From Eledone cirrhosa (Eukaryota): 64,000 nucleotides of DNA. Made by a program: the position numbers and the translations under genes. The notes under the pieces were generated by a model. That model was not told the DNA's origin. It ran no database searches and saw only the letters and a list, made by a program, of their open reading frames with translations. Shown here piece after piece: positions 20,375 to 34,873 of the stretch. The stretch lies in the NCBI GenBank assembly GCA_964016885.1, contig OZ024743.1, positions 121,644,001 to 121,708,000 on the forward strand, given 5' to 3'. Position 1 is the stretch's first letter, and each line of letters begins with the position of its first letter.

Positions 20375-20700
20375 ATTTTATGTCCGCTTTTCCCTGCTTG
20401 CAAGGGTGGGACGGGAACTGATGCTGGCTTGATTTCTACAGCTGGATGCCCTTCCTAACACCGACCTCATTTACAGTGAGTGCTGGGTGCTTTTTTGCCG
20501 TGGCACCTCCACGACCACTTTGCAGTGGAATGATAGGGACCCCAGTCCCTATCATCTCATTTCTACAGCTGAGTAAACTGGAGCAATGTGAAATAAAGTG
20601 TCTTGCTCAAGGAAACAACACATCACCCAGTCTGAGAATTGAACTCACAACCTTTCGATTGCAAGGCCAATGCTCTAACCACTAAGCCATGTGCCTCCAT
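20375..20700 (-). mobile_element. tRNA-derived SINE (family 2) with RTE-derived tail
   Basis: Head ggaggcacatggcttagtggttagagc, B box GTTCAATTC; other copies at 38442-39075, 39203-39560, 58215-58605(-), ~32180-32330(-), 26957-27075. Confidence 0.85.
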
Positions 20701-22679
20701 TATATATATATTATATATATAACCCATGCTAGCGTGGAAGATGGATATTAAATGATGATATCATCATCATCGTTTAACGTCCATCTTCGATGTTAGCATG
20801 GGTTATATATATATATACATATATATATTACGTTCTGAGTTCAAATCCCGCTGGGGTTAACTTTGCCTTTCATCCTTATGGGGTCAATAAAATAAAGTAC
20901 CAGTCACGTACTGGGGTCGATTTAATCAACTTACCCCTCCTCCCAAATTACTGGCCTCATACCTATACTAGAAATCATTGTTATTATTATTATTATTATT
21001 ATTGGCAGTAATTACTAATAAAGTACCAGTAATGCACTGAGTAATTGCTGGCCTTGTGCCAAAAGTATAAACATTTATTATTAGCAGTATCGGTAGAGCA
21101 TCGCACGACATGCTTCATGGCATAGATTTACAGCCCTTTACATTCTGAGTTCAAATCCCGCTACGGTTAGCTTTGCCTTTCATCCTTATGGGTGTCGATA
21201 AAATAAGGCCTCAGTAATACACCGGGGTTAATTTAATCAACTTTCCCCTCCCCAAATTGCTGGCCTTGTGCCAATAGTAGAAATCATTATTAATATTACT
21301 AAACATTCCTCTCAGCCATTTAGGACACAGAGTAAAATTTGAAATCCAAAGAAATTAGAGAGTTTATATGGTAGTGATTGATAAGTTCAGTTGCTGTGAG
21401 GATTGAAGAATCTAATGTTTCAGGCTCTTGGCTTTCAGCTGACTGAGAGAGAGACATTATAGGCAAGTAAAGCTGGTAGGGGTGAGAGGGGAAGGCAGAA
21501 AGGGGTATTAAAAGAGGGTCAATGAGAGATAGGCAAAGGAAGTTAGAATTGGAAAGGGAAAGTAGAAAATGTTATTCAGAAGGAGAAGGTGGTGTTCAAT
21601 TGGAGAGAGAAAGGGTGAAGATGATAGGTAAGGGAGGCAAGAGACAAAAGCCAAGCCAAGCTATTTCAAAGTATTTAAGTAAAAAGCACTTCATGGAATT
21701 CTTGATTTATAAAAGAGGGGGAATGATAAGGGGGAATGATAGGGAGAGAGTGAGCGAGTTAGAAAGGTGGTGTACATGGGAAGAGATAAACAAAGGGAAG
21801 GAAGCTGAGAAATGGAAAGAAGATATAAAGGGCTGAAGCCTCAAGTAAAGCAAACTCTGCATTTAAAGCTATAAGTTTGAAGGCACCTACCCCCAAATTC
21901 TAAAATTAGAATTATGGATGCACAGATAAGCAAATTGGATGAATACCAATTAATCGGCCTTGCCTTATCATCCAATACCAATTAATCGGCCACCTATGTA
22001 TTGTGGTATGAAAATGCATTTTATAATTAATTGCAGATAATATATTATAAAGGTGATGACAGTGGGAGTTCGGCTCTTCCGTGTTCGGACCCAGTGTGCG
22101 GTGTCAGTTGTTCATAGGGAGGTAGTGGTTTGTACTTAGCAAAAGTTTTTTAAACCCTGTGTTTGCAATTATGAGGCGATAAATAGATAGCAAACATGTA
22201 GCTGCTATCAAAATATTTATATACAGAGTTATAAAAAACTAAAATGAAAATGCTCGAAAAATTTCTGTAAATCCTTTACCATCAGATGATTTAATAACAG
22301 TGTTGTTTATATTACCATCATCTCAAAAGAATGGATAGTTAAATGTGTTTTAATTTTTTTCTACAAGGGATGATTAATTTATTGAACAAATGTTATACAT
22401 TAATAACAATTATGGAGCTTCTATTTGAAAGCATATGATGGCAAAATTAAAACAATTTTACTGCAGTTTCTGTTCTTATTGCCATTGAACTGTGTCATTC
22501 AATAGTGCACCCTTCTGTACTCAGCACATCCAATATTTACACATAGGTTCCAGTTTCATTTGACCATTTTAATACCAACCTGTCTAAAATTAGTTCTGGT
22601 TACATGAAACAAAACCATCCATTTTAAAGGGTTTCAATTTAAATTTAGATCTTCCTACATAATTTTATGTAATAACCAT

Positions 22680-23225
22680 ATGTTGTTCAAGTATCTCAGG
22701 GCTGTGTTCATGACTGATAGAAGGCAGAAGGCTGAATTAAGTGCAAGAATCACAGGAGCTGGTGCAGTAATGCACCAGCATCAGCATTTGGTCATCAGAA
22801 CAAGGGAGGTAAGTGTAAGAGCCAAACTTGCTATTTTTAATTCACTACTCATGCCAACCTTTACCTCTGGTCATGAATTTTGGGTAATGACCAAATGAAT
22901 ACAATTGCAAATAAAAGTGGCTAAAATGATGTTCCTCCAAAGGGTCTTTAGAGTACCGTTACTCAATAGTGTGTGTAGCTCGGGGATCAAGGAGTTGCTC
23001 CAGGTAGAGCCACTACATCTCCGGATTGAGAGATCACAGCTCTGATATGAACATGCAGTTAGAATGTCTAAGGAAAGAATTGCTGAGCAAGTTTTACGGG
23101 AAAAACCAACTGAAAAGAGATCCAAGTTGTTGGATAATATTGCTTGAGGATCCAGCTGGATCAATTGCCTCTGACAGGACTCACTAGAAAGTGTACTTAA
23201 AGACACTGCTCCACAACTTTCCCGG
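22680..23225 (+). mobile_element. Degenerate RTE-group LINE RT C-terminal fragment
   Basis: FKYLRAVF..ELSARI..AKLAIFNSLLMPTFTSGHEFWVMT, followed by stop codons. Confidence 0.7.
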
Positions 23226-23530
23226 GAGGCAAAAAAGAAGAAAAAGAACCATGCGTTATTAATATTTTAGTAAAAGAATAATCAATAATCTTAGTAAATC
23301 CCTTCAAACTTTTCATTGATTAATTGAAATACAGTGTATTTCAATTAAACTGATATTAAACCAAAAGTTTTAAAAAATCAACGAAACATACATAGAATGC
23401 AACACTTAGCATAGCTATTAACATATATGTTGTTAGCTATCTAAACTTAACCTATTCATTCTCCTGTATTCATGAGTCATGGTGTAGCTCAACCCATGAG
23501 AAAGCTGGTTGGTATAGTGCATTTACTTAA

Positions 23531-23751
23531 CCCATTAGCATTTAAACCGGCTGCATCTGGCCAGAATTCTCTCACCTCTTTCTGTTGAAACTGTTCGTAA
23601 CTGGTCACTCATACTGACATTAATGTATTGTTCTCAAAATAAATTACATCAAAATATCATAGATTCGATATTATGTGAGATGATTATGTAAGATAGAGTC
23701 TTTACCATAAAAATACAATAGTATACATAGAGTAATGTAAATCCTAAAGGG
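23531..23751. mobile_element. piggyBac-type MITE (TTAA TSD, CCCT..AGGG ends)
   Basis: TTAA flanks; other copies at 24360-24580, 27958-28178, 29508-29727, 29850-30263, ~30571-30778, 41995-42202. Confidence 0.85.
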
Positions 23752-26294
23752 TTAAGCTGGATCCCCAAGAGAGGTGCAATTTCTAGTTTGGTTAGTAAAG
23801 AAGCTGTTGATTGGCTGTACTGTTTCACTCTCCACCACCCAACACCTTCACATAGGCTCAGAATATTTTTTAACTGAGCTCAGCTCTTACGCAAAATAGG
23901 TTAATTTTGTTTACATCATTGGATTAAGCAATGATTATACAACTATAGCATGCTGAACAAAACTTGATATGGTAAAATGGACTCATAATTTCCTCTGGCT
24001 TAAATGGGCAATTATCAAAACTGATTAATTGACATAAAAAGCTGACACCGATTAATTGGCAAATTTACTGATATTGTCAATACCATTTATTTGCTGATTA
24101 ATCAGTGTAACCCTAATTAGAATAGGCTAAAATTTGGCCAGTTGTAATAAATACATAATTAAAAATTAAATGAGTTAAGGGAAATAACAAAAATGTACCA
24201 ATGACATGAATTTAGATTTTTTTTTTTTTTAATTAAGGTGTGATAACTGAATAATGTACACAAACAATTCTAAACTGAAATTTCTTTCTTAATAGAAAAA
24301 ATAAAACAAATGGTAATTGTTAATGATTTTCAATGAAATTCTTCCTTCTCATCATTTAACCCTTTAACATTTTCATTACTCTATATATACTATTGTATTT
24401 TCGTGGTAAAGGCTTTATCTCACATAATTATCTCACATAATATCGAATCTATGAGATTTTGATATTATTTATTTTGAGAACAATACCTTAACATCAGTAT
24501 GAGTGACCAGTTTCAGTCAGTTTGAACAGAAAGGGATGAGAAAATTCTGGCCAGATACAGCTAGTTTAAATGCGAAAGGGTTAACATTTATTTTCCATAC
24601 TTGATTATGTTGGACAGGTTGTTACATTCTAAGGCTTGACTGGTCTGATGACCACATCTTGATCATACATTCTAGTTTTGGCTTATTTTATAGGGCTTGT
24701 TTTCTACAGCTGTGTATGTGTATGTGCATGAGTGTGTGTGTACATATGTGTGCAGGCATGAGTATAGCTGCATGGGAAGACTAAGAGAGCAGCAACTGCA
24801 GACAAGAACTAACTTGGATTGTAACCCATGCCAGCATGAACAACAAATGTAAAATAATTGTTTCTACTTTAGGCACAAGGCCAGCAATTACCCAGTGCAT
24901 TACTGGTACTTTATTTTATCGACCCCGTAAGGATGAAAGGCAAAGTTAACCTCGGCGAGATTTGAACTCGGATCATAAATTCAGTCAAAGCCAGCTCTGG
25001 TTTTATGAAATAAAACCACTCATTTTAAAAGGGTTCCAATTTGAATTAATATCTTCCAACATAATTTTATATAAGAACCTTAAATTAAGTTACTATTATA
25101 GCAATGAAATAATTAATAATTTTAGTAAATCCCTAAAAATTCTTCATTAATTGATTGAAATAGAATGTATTTCCTTAGAAATACTGTCACAAAAGGGTTA
25201 AATAGGTCTTTTCTAGCACAGCATCCCTATAATCACTGCAGTCTTTCCTTATTTCCTCAATGAGCTTCGGAGAATTGAGATCAGTTCTTAAAACTTTTGC
25301 CCAGGACTTCCTTGGTTTTCCTCTACTGCAGCTTCCTTCCACTGGAAGCATTGGGATACTGAATGATGTATGCAAAAAATTCTTAATATATAAAAATTTC
25401 CCTCTCAGTTGAAGAAAGAAGAAAGAAAACAGAGACCTAGTGGCAATAGCTAATGATATGCAACAAAAAGGGGATATAACTTCAAGAAATTAAGAACGCT
25501 TTTTAAAATTAGTTTCTATTCTTTAGGGACATCTTGACAGCAATGAACCTGACTTGGGCTTCCTGGGCTTTGTCAGTGAAGTGTAGTCAGCATGAACCCA
25601 TTTGGCTAGCAGACAAAAGTTTTTGCATTCAGAAAGAGATCTGGATTTGCATGATATTAACAAGTCACTGTCAATGTCTTATTCTTTTCCTTTAAATATG
25701 TGTAAATTTTGTGGTTGAGCAAGAAGAAATCAATAATACTGCATTATCAAATCTCCTTTTCATGATGCAGAAAAATGTTCACTTTCAAGAATCGTGATTT
25801 TAAAGATTTAAATAATGAGGAAGACTGTGTACTGAAACACTTGGTAGCATTAATAGTGATAATCAAGTTGTTTTTACAGTATAAATCATGAAAGAAAGAA
25901 ATCCTGAATTTTGTTTCTGCATCAGTATCTCTCAGCAGTCAAACAGCACAATCCCATTTTTACATTTCTTTTCAAGTGTCAGGAAACATGGTCATGTTAA
26001 AAAGCCATATTTTTATACATGATAAAGTGGAGAAGTGATTCAAGATAGTTGAATAAAACACTACACAAAATTGTTTCCATAACTTTCAGTGTACAATGCT
26101 ATAGTTGTTCTAATAAACAGAAATATGAAAACAAAAATTAACTACCATTATACTTCCAGAATGAAAATATTCAAACGTTTGTATGAAACAGACAAACAAT
26201 AGCTTTGAGGTAAACATAGGAGACTACTAACCACATAGTCAAAAGTTCAAATATCACTAGGCACTGAGGCACATAATTTAGATTTATTTAACAA

Positions 26295-26543
26295 CTAGAC
26301 CACGCATGACCCGTTGGGTCACGTTCACTTTAAAATATTTTTTTTAAATCATGTTCACTTAAAAATAATTTTTAAATAATTAAAATATACAGACATGTCT
26401 ATAATGTGAAATGAAACTGGAAGGCACATATAGATATATGTGTGTGTATGTATATATATAAATGTGTGTGTGTGTATATATATATATGTGTGGGTGTCCG
26501 TGATCTATATACACTTCTCATAGACTCACACACACACATACAT

Positions 26544-26594
<51 letters not shown>

Positions 26595-26949
26595 AACACT
26601 CACACGCATATATATCACCACAACCAACAGCTTTCTCTCTCTTCCATTCTCCTTCACTGTCTCCTCTCCCTCTCTCTATGTCTCTCTTTCAATCTACTCT
26701 CTCACAACGTCTATCTCTTTGTCTCTATCCTTCTCTCTCTCTCTCTCTCTCTCTGTTTATGAAGGTACCTGGAAAAACCCCATATCTCAGGAACCCGTGC
26801 TCCGATTTACGCGAAACTTGTTTTATTCCATTTGTATTCCCATTTCAGGGTCAACTTCCTTTCAAAGTATTTTCCCATTATCCGCTCTTTTGGCCGTATT
26901 ACAGACAAGCAAGCAAGCAAGCAATCACAGAGTTTTAGTAGTATATAGA
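26295..26949 (-). mobile_element. Non-autonomous Helitron
   Basis: On the minus strand: 5' TC, 3' CTAG, subterminal hairpin tgaccc-gtt-gggtca, inserted between A and T, internal microsatellites. Confidence 0.75.
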
Positions 26950-27541
26950 TAGATAGTGGAGGTGTGTGGCTTAGTGGTTAGGTTGTTTGGTTCATGATTG
27001 TAAGATGGTGAGTTTGATTCCTGCTGAACCAGTTTGATTCCTGCAAGAAACTTTATTTCACATTGCTCCAATGGTCTGAGGACTTATCATCCCTTTTTAC
27101 TGTATTAATAATATCAAAAGCTCTAGTAACAAAACAAAATGATCTGTTGCTGAGGCCACTACTCTTTTCTCCATATGAGGATGAGACGGAGCCATCCTTA
27201 TACTATACTAGAATTTTTTTCAACATGCTGATGTGTATGTGTATGTGTGTGTGTGTGTGCATATGCATACATTTATCGGTATGAGTATGTAAATATAAAC
27301 ATGCACAGATACACTTACAAAAATACACACTCACAGATATACATTCACAAATTCACACACATACATTCACACAAACACACACATACATTTACACAAACAC
27401 ATACACACACATACACTCACTCACAGTATAGCAAATGAAGCACCAGCCACTGTTTTGCTATAGTTTTTTCACCATCCCCTTCCTTCTTTTTACACACACA
27501 TACATTGTGTGATGGACAGAAGCCGTTCAAATTTATATATA

Positions 27542-27755
27542 CAAGGTGGGCTAGAATTCATGACTCGCTTGTTAGTTATATTTCTTAACATGCTTATTTT
27601 ATTGTAATGGTATTGTTTTAATTTATTATTTTATTTCTTAATATGCTTAGCAGGTTTCTTAATTTATATTTTTATTTCTTAATATGCTTCACAGGTTTTT
27701 TATTCATAAATAATCTATAAATAATCAAGTGAATCATGAATTCTGGCCCACCATG
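27542..27755. mobile_element. Tc1/mariner MITE
   Basis: TIRs caaggtgggctagaattcatgactc / gaatcatgaattctggcccaccatg with TA TSD. Confidence 0.8.
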
Positions 27756-28222
27756 TATATGGTCATGAAAAGGAACTTCTCTGACTTTATTAGTGAATAG
27801 TTAGCAATAGAAAGAGCATATATCCAAATGCAAAAATATTTGCTTCAATAATATGCAAAAATACTTGCTTCAATAATATGTAAATGCTCAAATAAAACCT
27901 ATTACATTCATTGTAACACAAAAAGATGTTCAAGAAAGTAATATACATATATCTTAACCCTTTAGCATTTACATTACTCTATATATACTTATATATATAT
28001 ATATTATATTTTCATGGTAAAGGTTTTACCTCACATAATTATCTCATGTAATATCAACTCTATGAGATTTTAATATTATTTATTTTGAGAACAATACCTT
28101 AATATCAGTATGAGTGGCCGGTTACAGCCAGTTTGAACAGTATTCTAGCCGAATACGGCCGGTTTAAATGCTAAAGGGTTAAAGATAATGTTAAAAGTTG
28201 GAAATATAACAAGAAAAACTAC

Positions 28223-28310
28223 CTCAAATCCACAGTCAAATGGTGGTTGTACAGTTGGGTCGTATTTTCCTGCAGAGAAATTTATGTCAGATGCATTAAT
28301 TCCAACAAAC
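28223..28310 (-). CDS. PTGR3: Prostaglandin reductase 3 / ZADH2-like, second coding exon
   Basis: ttttag|G TTT..GAG|gt; 88 nt encoding (R)[29 protein letters not shown]; phase matches the upstream exon. Confidence 0.9.
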
Positions 28311-28417
28311 CTAAAACAAAACAAATATAAAATTAGATATCTTACATACTTAATCTCATCAATTATTCACTTTATTTTCCTTTTTCTTTAATCTTTAACC
28401 CCTTTGACACTAAATCT

Positions 28418-28625
28418 GGTGGTGTGGTGGTGGTGGTGGTGGTGATGATGATGATGATCGTGGTGGTGATGATGATGATGGTGGTGGTGGTGGTGGTGGT
28501 GGTGGTGGTGGTGATGATGATCGTGGTGGTGATGATGATGATGATGATGGTGGTGGTGTGGTGGTGGTCGGCATCATCATCATCATCATCATCATCATCA
28601 TAATAATAATAATAATAATAATAAT
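28418..28625. repeat. Compound trinucleotide repeat (GGT/GAT/CAT/AAT)
   Basis: Seen directly. Confidence 0.9.
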
Positions 28626-31297
28626 GCTTTCTTTATTAACCACAAGGGTTTACATAAAGTAGACATTAAGGACAGTACAGGACAATACAGGGTGGTACAA
28701 ATGGGCATTTCTGCGTGTAAAAAACAAGAAACAGAGGATGTAATAATAGAACAATGAAAAAATAAAAATAATAATAATTATAATAATGGTTTCTTATATA
28801 GGCACAAGGCCAGCAATTTTGAGGGAAGGGAAATTCGATTAAATCGACCCCAGTGCGTGACTGGTACTTTATTTTATCGACCCCGTAAGGATGAAAGACA
28901 AAGTTAACCTCGGTGGCATTTGAACTCAGATCATAAAGGGCCGTAACACTATGCTTGCAAAGCATGGTGTCCAACTCTCTACCGATACTGCCAATCCACT
29001 GCCCTCGATCATCATCATAATAATAATTGTTTCTACTTTTGGCACAAGGCCAGCAATTACCCAGTGCATTACTGGTACTTTAATTTATCGATCCCGTAAG
29101 GATGAAAGGCAAAGTTAACCTCAGCGGGATTTGAACTCAGAATGGCAAGGGCCGTAACTCTATGCGTCAAAGCATGGCGTCCGTCCCTCTACCGATACTG
29201 CCACTCATCATAATAATAATTGTTTCTACTTTTGGCACATGGCCAGCAATTATCCCAGTGTATTACTGGTACTTTATTTTATCGACCCCGTAAGTATGAA
29301 AGGCAAAGTCAACCTCGGCGGGATTTGAACAGATCGTAAAGGGACGTAACTATGCTGGAAAACATGGCGTCCGACCCTCTACCGATACTGCCAATCCACC
29401 GATACTTAATAATAATGATAGATCACCACAACACTATATCTCAAAACACTGACTGCTATATTTGCTCTCAAATTAAAGGGCATGTTTTATAATCTAAGAA
29501 CATTTAACCCTTTAACATTTAAACCAGCTGTATCCAGCCAGAATTCTTGAACCTTTTCTGTTCAAATTGTCCATAACTGGCTGCTCATACTGACATTAAT
29601 GTATTGTTCTCAAAATAAATTACATCAAAATATCATAGATTCAATATTATGTGAGGTAATTATGTAAGATAAAGTCTTTACCATAAAAATACAATAGTAT
29701 ATATAGAGTAATGTAAATCCTAAAGGGTTAAGCTGGATCCCCAAGAGAGGTGCAATTTCTAGTTTAGTTAGTAAAGAAGCTGTTGATTGGCTGTGCTGTT
29801 TCACTCTCCACCACCCAACACCTTCACATAGGCTCAGAATATTTCTTAACCCTTTAGCATTCACATTATTTTATAAGGCAGTGGATTGGCAGTATCAGTA
29901 GACAGTCGGACGCCATGCTTTGACGCAAAGAGTTACAGCCCTTTCCATTCTGAATTCAAATCCCGCCGAGGTTAACTTTGCCTTTCATCCTTACGGGGTC
30001 GATAAAATAAAGTACCAGTAATGCACTGGGTAATTGCTGGCCTTGTGCCAAACGTAGAAACAATTATTTTATATATACTATTATATTTTAATGGAAAAGG
30101 CCTCACATAATTATCTCACATAATATCGAATCTATGAGATTTTGGAAGTATTTATTTTGAAAACAATACCTTAACATCAGTTTGAACAACCAGTTACAGC
30201 CAGTTTCAACAGAAAGAGGTGAGAGAATTCTGGCCGGTTTTGACCGGTTTGAACACTAAAGGGTTAACTGAGCTCAGCTGTTACACAAAATAGGTTAATT
30301 TTGTTTACATCATTGGATTAAGCAATGACTATACAACTATAGCATGCTGAACAAAACTTGATATGGTAAAATGGACTCATAATTTCCTCTGGCTTAAATG
30401 GGCAATTATCAAAACTGATTAATTGACATAAAAAGCTGATAGTGTTAATTGACAAAATTACTGATATTGTCAAGACCATTTATTTGCTGATTAATCAGAG
30501 TCACCTTAATTAGAATGGGCTAAAATTTGGCCAGTTGTAATAGATACATAATTAAAAATTAAATGAGTTAAACCAGCTATATCCAGCTAGAATTCTCGCA
30601 CCTTTTCTGTTCAAACCGGCTGTAACCAGCCACTCATACTGCTATTAGGGTATTGTTCTCAAAATAAATAATATCAAAATCTCATAGATTCGATATCATG
30701 TGAGATAATTATGTGAGGTAAAGACTTTACTGTGAAAATATAATAGAAAAATATAGAGTAATGTAAATGCTAAAGGGTTAAAGATATAACCCACATTATA
30801 AGTAGATATTTAAAAACGTCATCATAGTACTGTCTATATAATGATATAATAGCCAAAACATAATACATTGCTATCTTTAGAGAGTAAAAAAAAATCTATA
30901 TATAAGAAGCTTCAATGATGTGGGATGCATAAATATTCGTAATTTGAAAGAATATTGGTCAAATGTTCCTATCAAAAGATCAGTGGAATGTGAGCACAAC
31001 AAACCAAACATTGTTTTCTGTGAAAGAAAGGAAAATATCTACTGTTGTGAAAGTTAATATTGCTTTAAAAATAAATAACACTGAAAATAAAATGCCTATG
31101 GAGAACTAATGAGAAATTTAGATTCTACAAGCAGACTATGACCTCAAATTTAGATTGATCATTGGTGTTCTTTGTTATGTAATTAAGTGCATCAGTATAA
31201 AATTTCAGAATCTGGGATTCATAAAAACAGAGACAGCATGATTAATTTGCAACTTATAAGTACAATATGTTAATGGAACAGTAAGAACATGCATTCC

Positions 31298-31655
31298 ATG
31301 TGTCTAACACACGTGGGTATGCCTACAAAGTCAGAAAACAGCACAGCTCCCGTGACTTTCAGAAACCGTTTTTCACCTCAGAGTTGCTGAAGCATGGAAC
31401 AAACTACCTGCATCAGTTGTTAGCTGCCGAGACACTGCATCCTTTAAAACCTACATGCTTCCTGAAATTCGCCAACACTACACCTGATATCCTCCCCCCC
31501 CCCCACTACCACCATACACACAAACACATGTATATCATCACTCATACACTGTTCATTTTGCTGACATTTATACATTATTCTATGTACTATACATGCACCT
31601 TTGACGAGTTGTAGTGCACCTGAGCACTGTACACAATAATTTCATTATTATTATT
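31298..31655 (+). mobile_element. CR1-like LINE 3' end
   Basis: SNTRGYAYKVRKQ..FFT, then AWNKLPASVV after a frameshift; (ATT)n tail. Confidence 0.7.
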
Positions 31656-32331
31656 ATGGTGGATTGGCAGTATCGGTAGAGGGTCTAACACCATGCTTTG
31701 CAGCAAAGAGTTACGGCCCTTTATGGTCCGAGTTCAAATCCCGCGAAGTTAACTTTGCTTTTCATCCTTACGGTGTCGATAAAATAAAGTACCAGTAATA
31801 CACTGGGATAATTGCTGGCCTTGTGCCAAAAGTAGAAACAATTATTATTATTATTAAAAAACATTCCAAATATTTATTTTTTAAAATACATGTATACTTA
31901 CATATGGATACACAGATTTGTGCACATATATACATCAAAAGATACAAACAGATATATGTATGCATACATACATACATACATACATACATACACACATAAA
32001 TACATATTAACTGGCACTCTGTCAGTTACAACAAGTTTTCCAGTTGATACAATCAATGGAACAGCCTGCTCATGAAATTAATGTCAAGTGGCTGAGCATT
32101 CCACAGACATGCATACCCTTAACATAGTTCTCAGGGAGATTCAGCGTGACACAGAATGTGACAAGGCTGGCCCTTCAAATTACAAATACACCTCATTGTT
32201 GCTAGCTGAGTGGACTGGAGCAAAAGGAAATAAAGTGTCTTGCTCAAGGTCACAACTCACCGCTGGAAATCAAACTAACAACCTTATGATTGTGAGCCGA
32301 ATACCCTAACTACAATTCCACGTGCCTTCAC

Positions 32332-32362
<31 letters not shown>

Positions 32363-32505
32363 AATCTCTGCTACGCAAAAGAGGAGGGCCATCATCATCA
32401 TCATCATCATCATTTCGTTTTTAAGTCCGCTTTTTCCCTGCTTGCAAGGGTGGGACGGGAACTGATTCTGGCTTGATTTCTACAGCTGGATGCCCTTCCT
32501 AACGC

Positions 32506-33170
32506 CATCAGTCAACAATAAATGTAGGCTATGTAAAACAAAGATCAAAGATGTTATCCACATTGTTGACAGCTGCGAAACAATGTCGTCTCGCTACTAC
32601 CTCCCTATGAGACACGATGGGATAGCTAGAACCATCTGGAACGCGCTTACGAAAACAAAATTGAAAACAAATGATGAGGAATATGTTGAGATAGATGGCA
32701 CAGAAGAGTACTGGTGGAACTTGAAAATAAAAACTGCCACCAAATTAAAGCACAACCGGCCTGATATTGTTGTTTGTGACCACACATTGAAAACATGCTC
32801 TGTTATAGAGACCAGCTGCCCACTTGATGTCAATGTTGTAAGAAAAATACAGGTGGAGGACATCTACAGACCATTGATAAGGAGTTTGCAGATCCAGTAT
32901 CCAAGATACACCTTCAGCTTCATACCCATCACTATTGGAGCTACAGGTTATATATCAACCCGCTTGGACCAAAGTATGACTCAACTTGGATTTGTAGACA
33001 AAGAATGCAGCTCCCTAATTCATAGACTACAAATGGCTGTGGTAGCTGGCACCTTCAAAATTTGCAAAACATTCTTGCGATTCAAGGGATGACAATTTCT
33101 TTTCTTTTACAACCTTGCCACCAGGAAGATGGCCAGTCAAAAATGTACTCGAAATTAAGAGAAAGAGAAA
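32506..33170 (+). mobile_element. 5'-truncated RLE-type (R4/Dong-like) non-LTR retrotransposon
   Basis: CRLC..H....C zinc knuckle, RHD motif, RPDIVV..IETSCP restriction-like endonuclease; stop at 33092. Confidence 0.82.
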
Positions 33171-33789
33171 CATACATACATGATGGCTGCCCCCTTGTTA
33201 TCGAGTATGGCCATTGCACGATATAACATTATTAATAATTATCAATTAATTAGGGCGATGGATTGGCAGTATCAGTAGAGGGTCGGACGCTATGCTTTGA
33301 CGCATAGAGTTACGGCCCTTGCCATTCTGATTTCGAATCCCGCCGAGGTTAACTTTGCCTTTCATCCTTACGGGGTCGATAAAATAAAGTACCAGTGATG
33401 CACTGGATAATTGCTGGCCTTGTGCCAAAAAGTAGAAACAATTAATAATTATCAATTAATGCTATCGTGCAATGCCTGTGTGTGAAGATTTTTTTTAAAG
33501 TGAGGAAAGACTGTGCACTGAGCCAATTCCACTCTCTGAGCGACAGTAGCTATAACCCAAAAAGAAGAAAAGATCAACATCATCAGTAACTACTGAGCCA
33601 CAGGTTTTATGTCGGAGTTATCCCAGCTTCCTGAGTTGCCTTCTAGAAGAATGCCCTGACAAAGGCTAGGGGTCCTTCACTCTCAGTGGTTTAACCATGC
33701 AATCGGCTATCCAGCCCAATTATTTCTATGTCTCCACGCATACATACACATATTTATACACATATGTATATACGTTTACACATTTTTGG

Positions 33790-33970
33790 ATGGCCGTGGA
33801 CTCTTATGAGTTCTTCCTTTTTGTCAGGTTTTGTTTTTTGTCCTGCAGGGTGTCCAAAATCACCCTCCTCGCCAAGCAAACTTGGGGTTGGCGGTTTAGT
33901 CGCTGACGACCCAAACATGCAACAGGTTGTACTGGGTTACATGTTACCAGTAGCACTCAAGAGTGACCAA
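33790..33970. repeat. Interspersed repeat, also at ~50060-50232 and ~50680-50880
   Basis: Shared gcagggtgtccaaaatcaccctcctc..caggttgtactggg..ttaccagtagcact. Confidence 0.7.
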
Positions 33971-34873
33971 ACATACTCACTCACCCACCCTTTCTCTATT
34001 GAGGAGAAATATGAAAAAATAAATCCAGGATATAAAAACATACATACAAACTACCTAGTTAATGCTGCCTAAAATCCAATGCAAGTGTTGTTTCTAGGTA
34101 GAAGACTGGCGCTTTCTTTCCATATAGGTTGAAAAATGAAGAATAAAAACAAGAATGTTTTCACAGAAATGCTCATAGCAAAAGCAAGACATGGTCCTTT
34201 GATCCATCTAGAAGGGGAGCAACTGAACAAGAATTGACTCAGACTGTGATGACCCTTCTAATTCATGCAAACATGGAAACTAGACATGAAATGAGGATAA
34301 TTGTGATGACGAATCCTACTAACAGGCTTATAAGAAGGTGACAATGGTAAAAACTTAGGATGGGTATAAAGTAGTTTCATATCACTTAGATATTACCTGT
34401 CAAACAAAAGAAACAATCATAAAATATAAAAAGAAAAATGAAAAGAGAACACTTAATAATCTTAGAATGAAGTCCTCAAGCAGCACTCAAAATATGAGAA
34501 CATTCTTATGAATCCCCAGAATTGTTTGACAAATCTAGCTTTATAGAGACCTAAAGAAGAAATGAATTACATATATATCCTGAATAATGCCAGTATCAAC
34601 ACAAAGTTTAGCCTCACTCTCATATTTTACAAGATATGTCATACTAACACAAGAATACAAGATATCAGTAAAAAGGACATTAACGCCTCTAAACTTATTG
34701 ATTTTGTTGAGTTAATAAAATATGCCAATATATAACTGACTTTAAAACAAAATGCCTATAGCTTCATTAGACCTTCAGAGACCATTAATAATCTTTACCT
34801 GTTGGAGGGATATGTTGCTAGTAAGGCTGAAAACCAAACGCATACATTTAATGAAAGCCATCTATTATATGGA

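Noticed and set aside
28410-28643. Poly-I/M/P/S ORF
   Set aside because: Translation of trinucleotide repeats
33120-33160. HHR-like caggaagat..gaaa in the RLE element 3' UTR
   Set aside because: Core deviates from CTGANGA and no stem I is found
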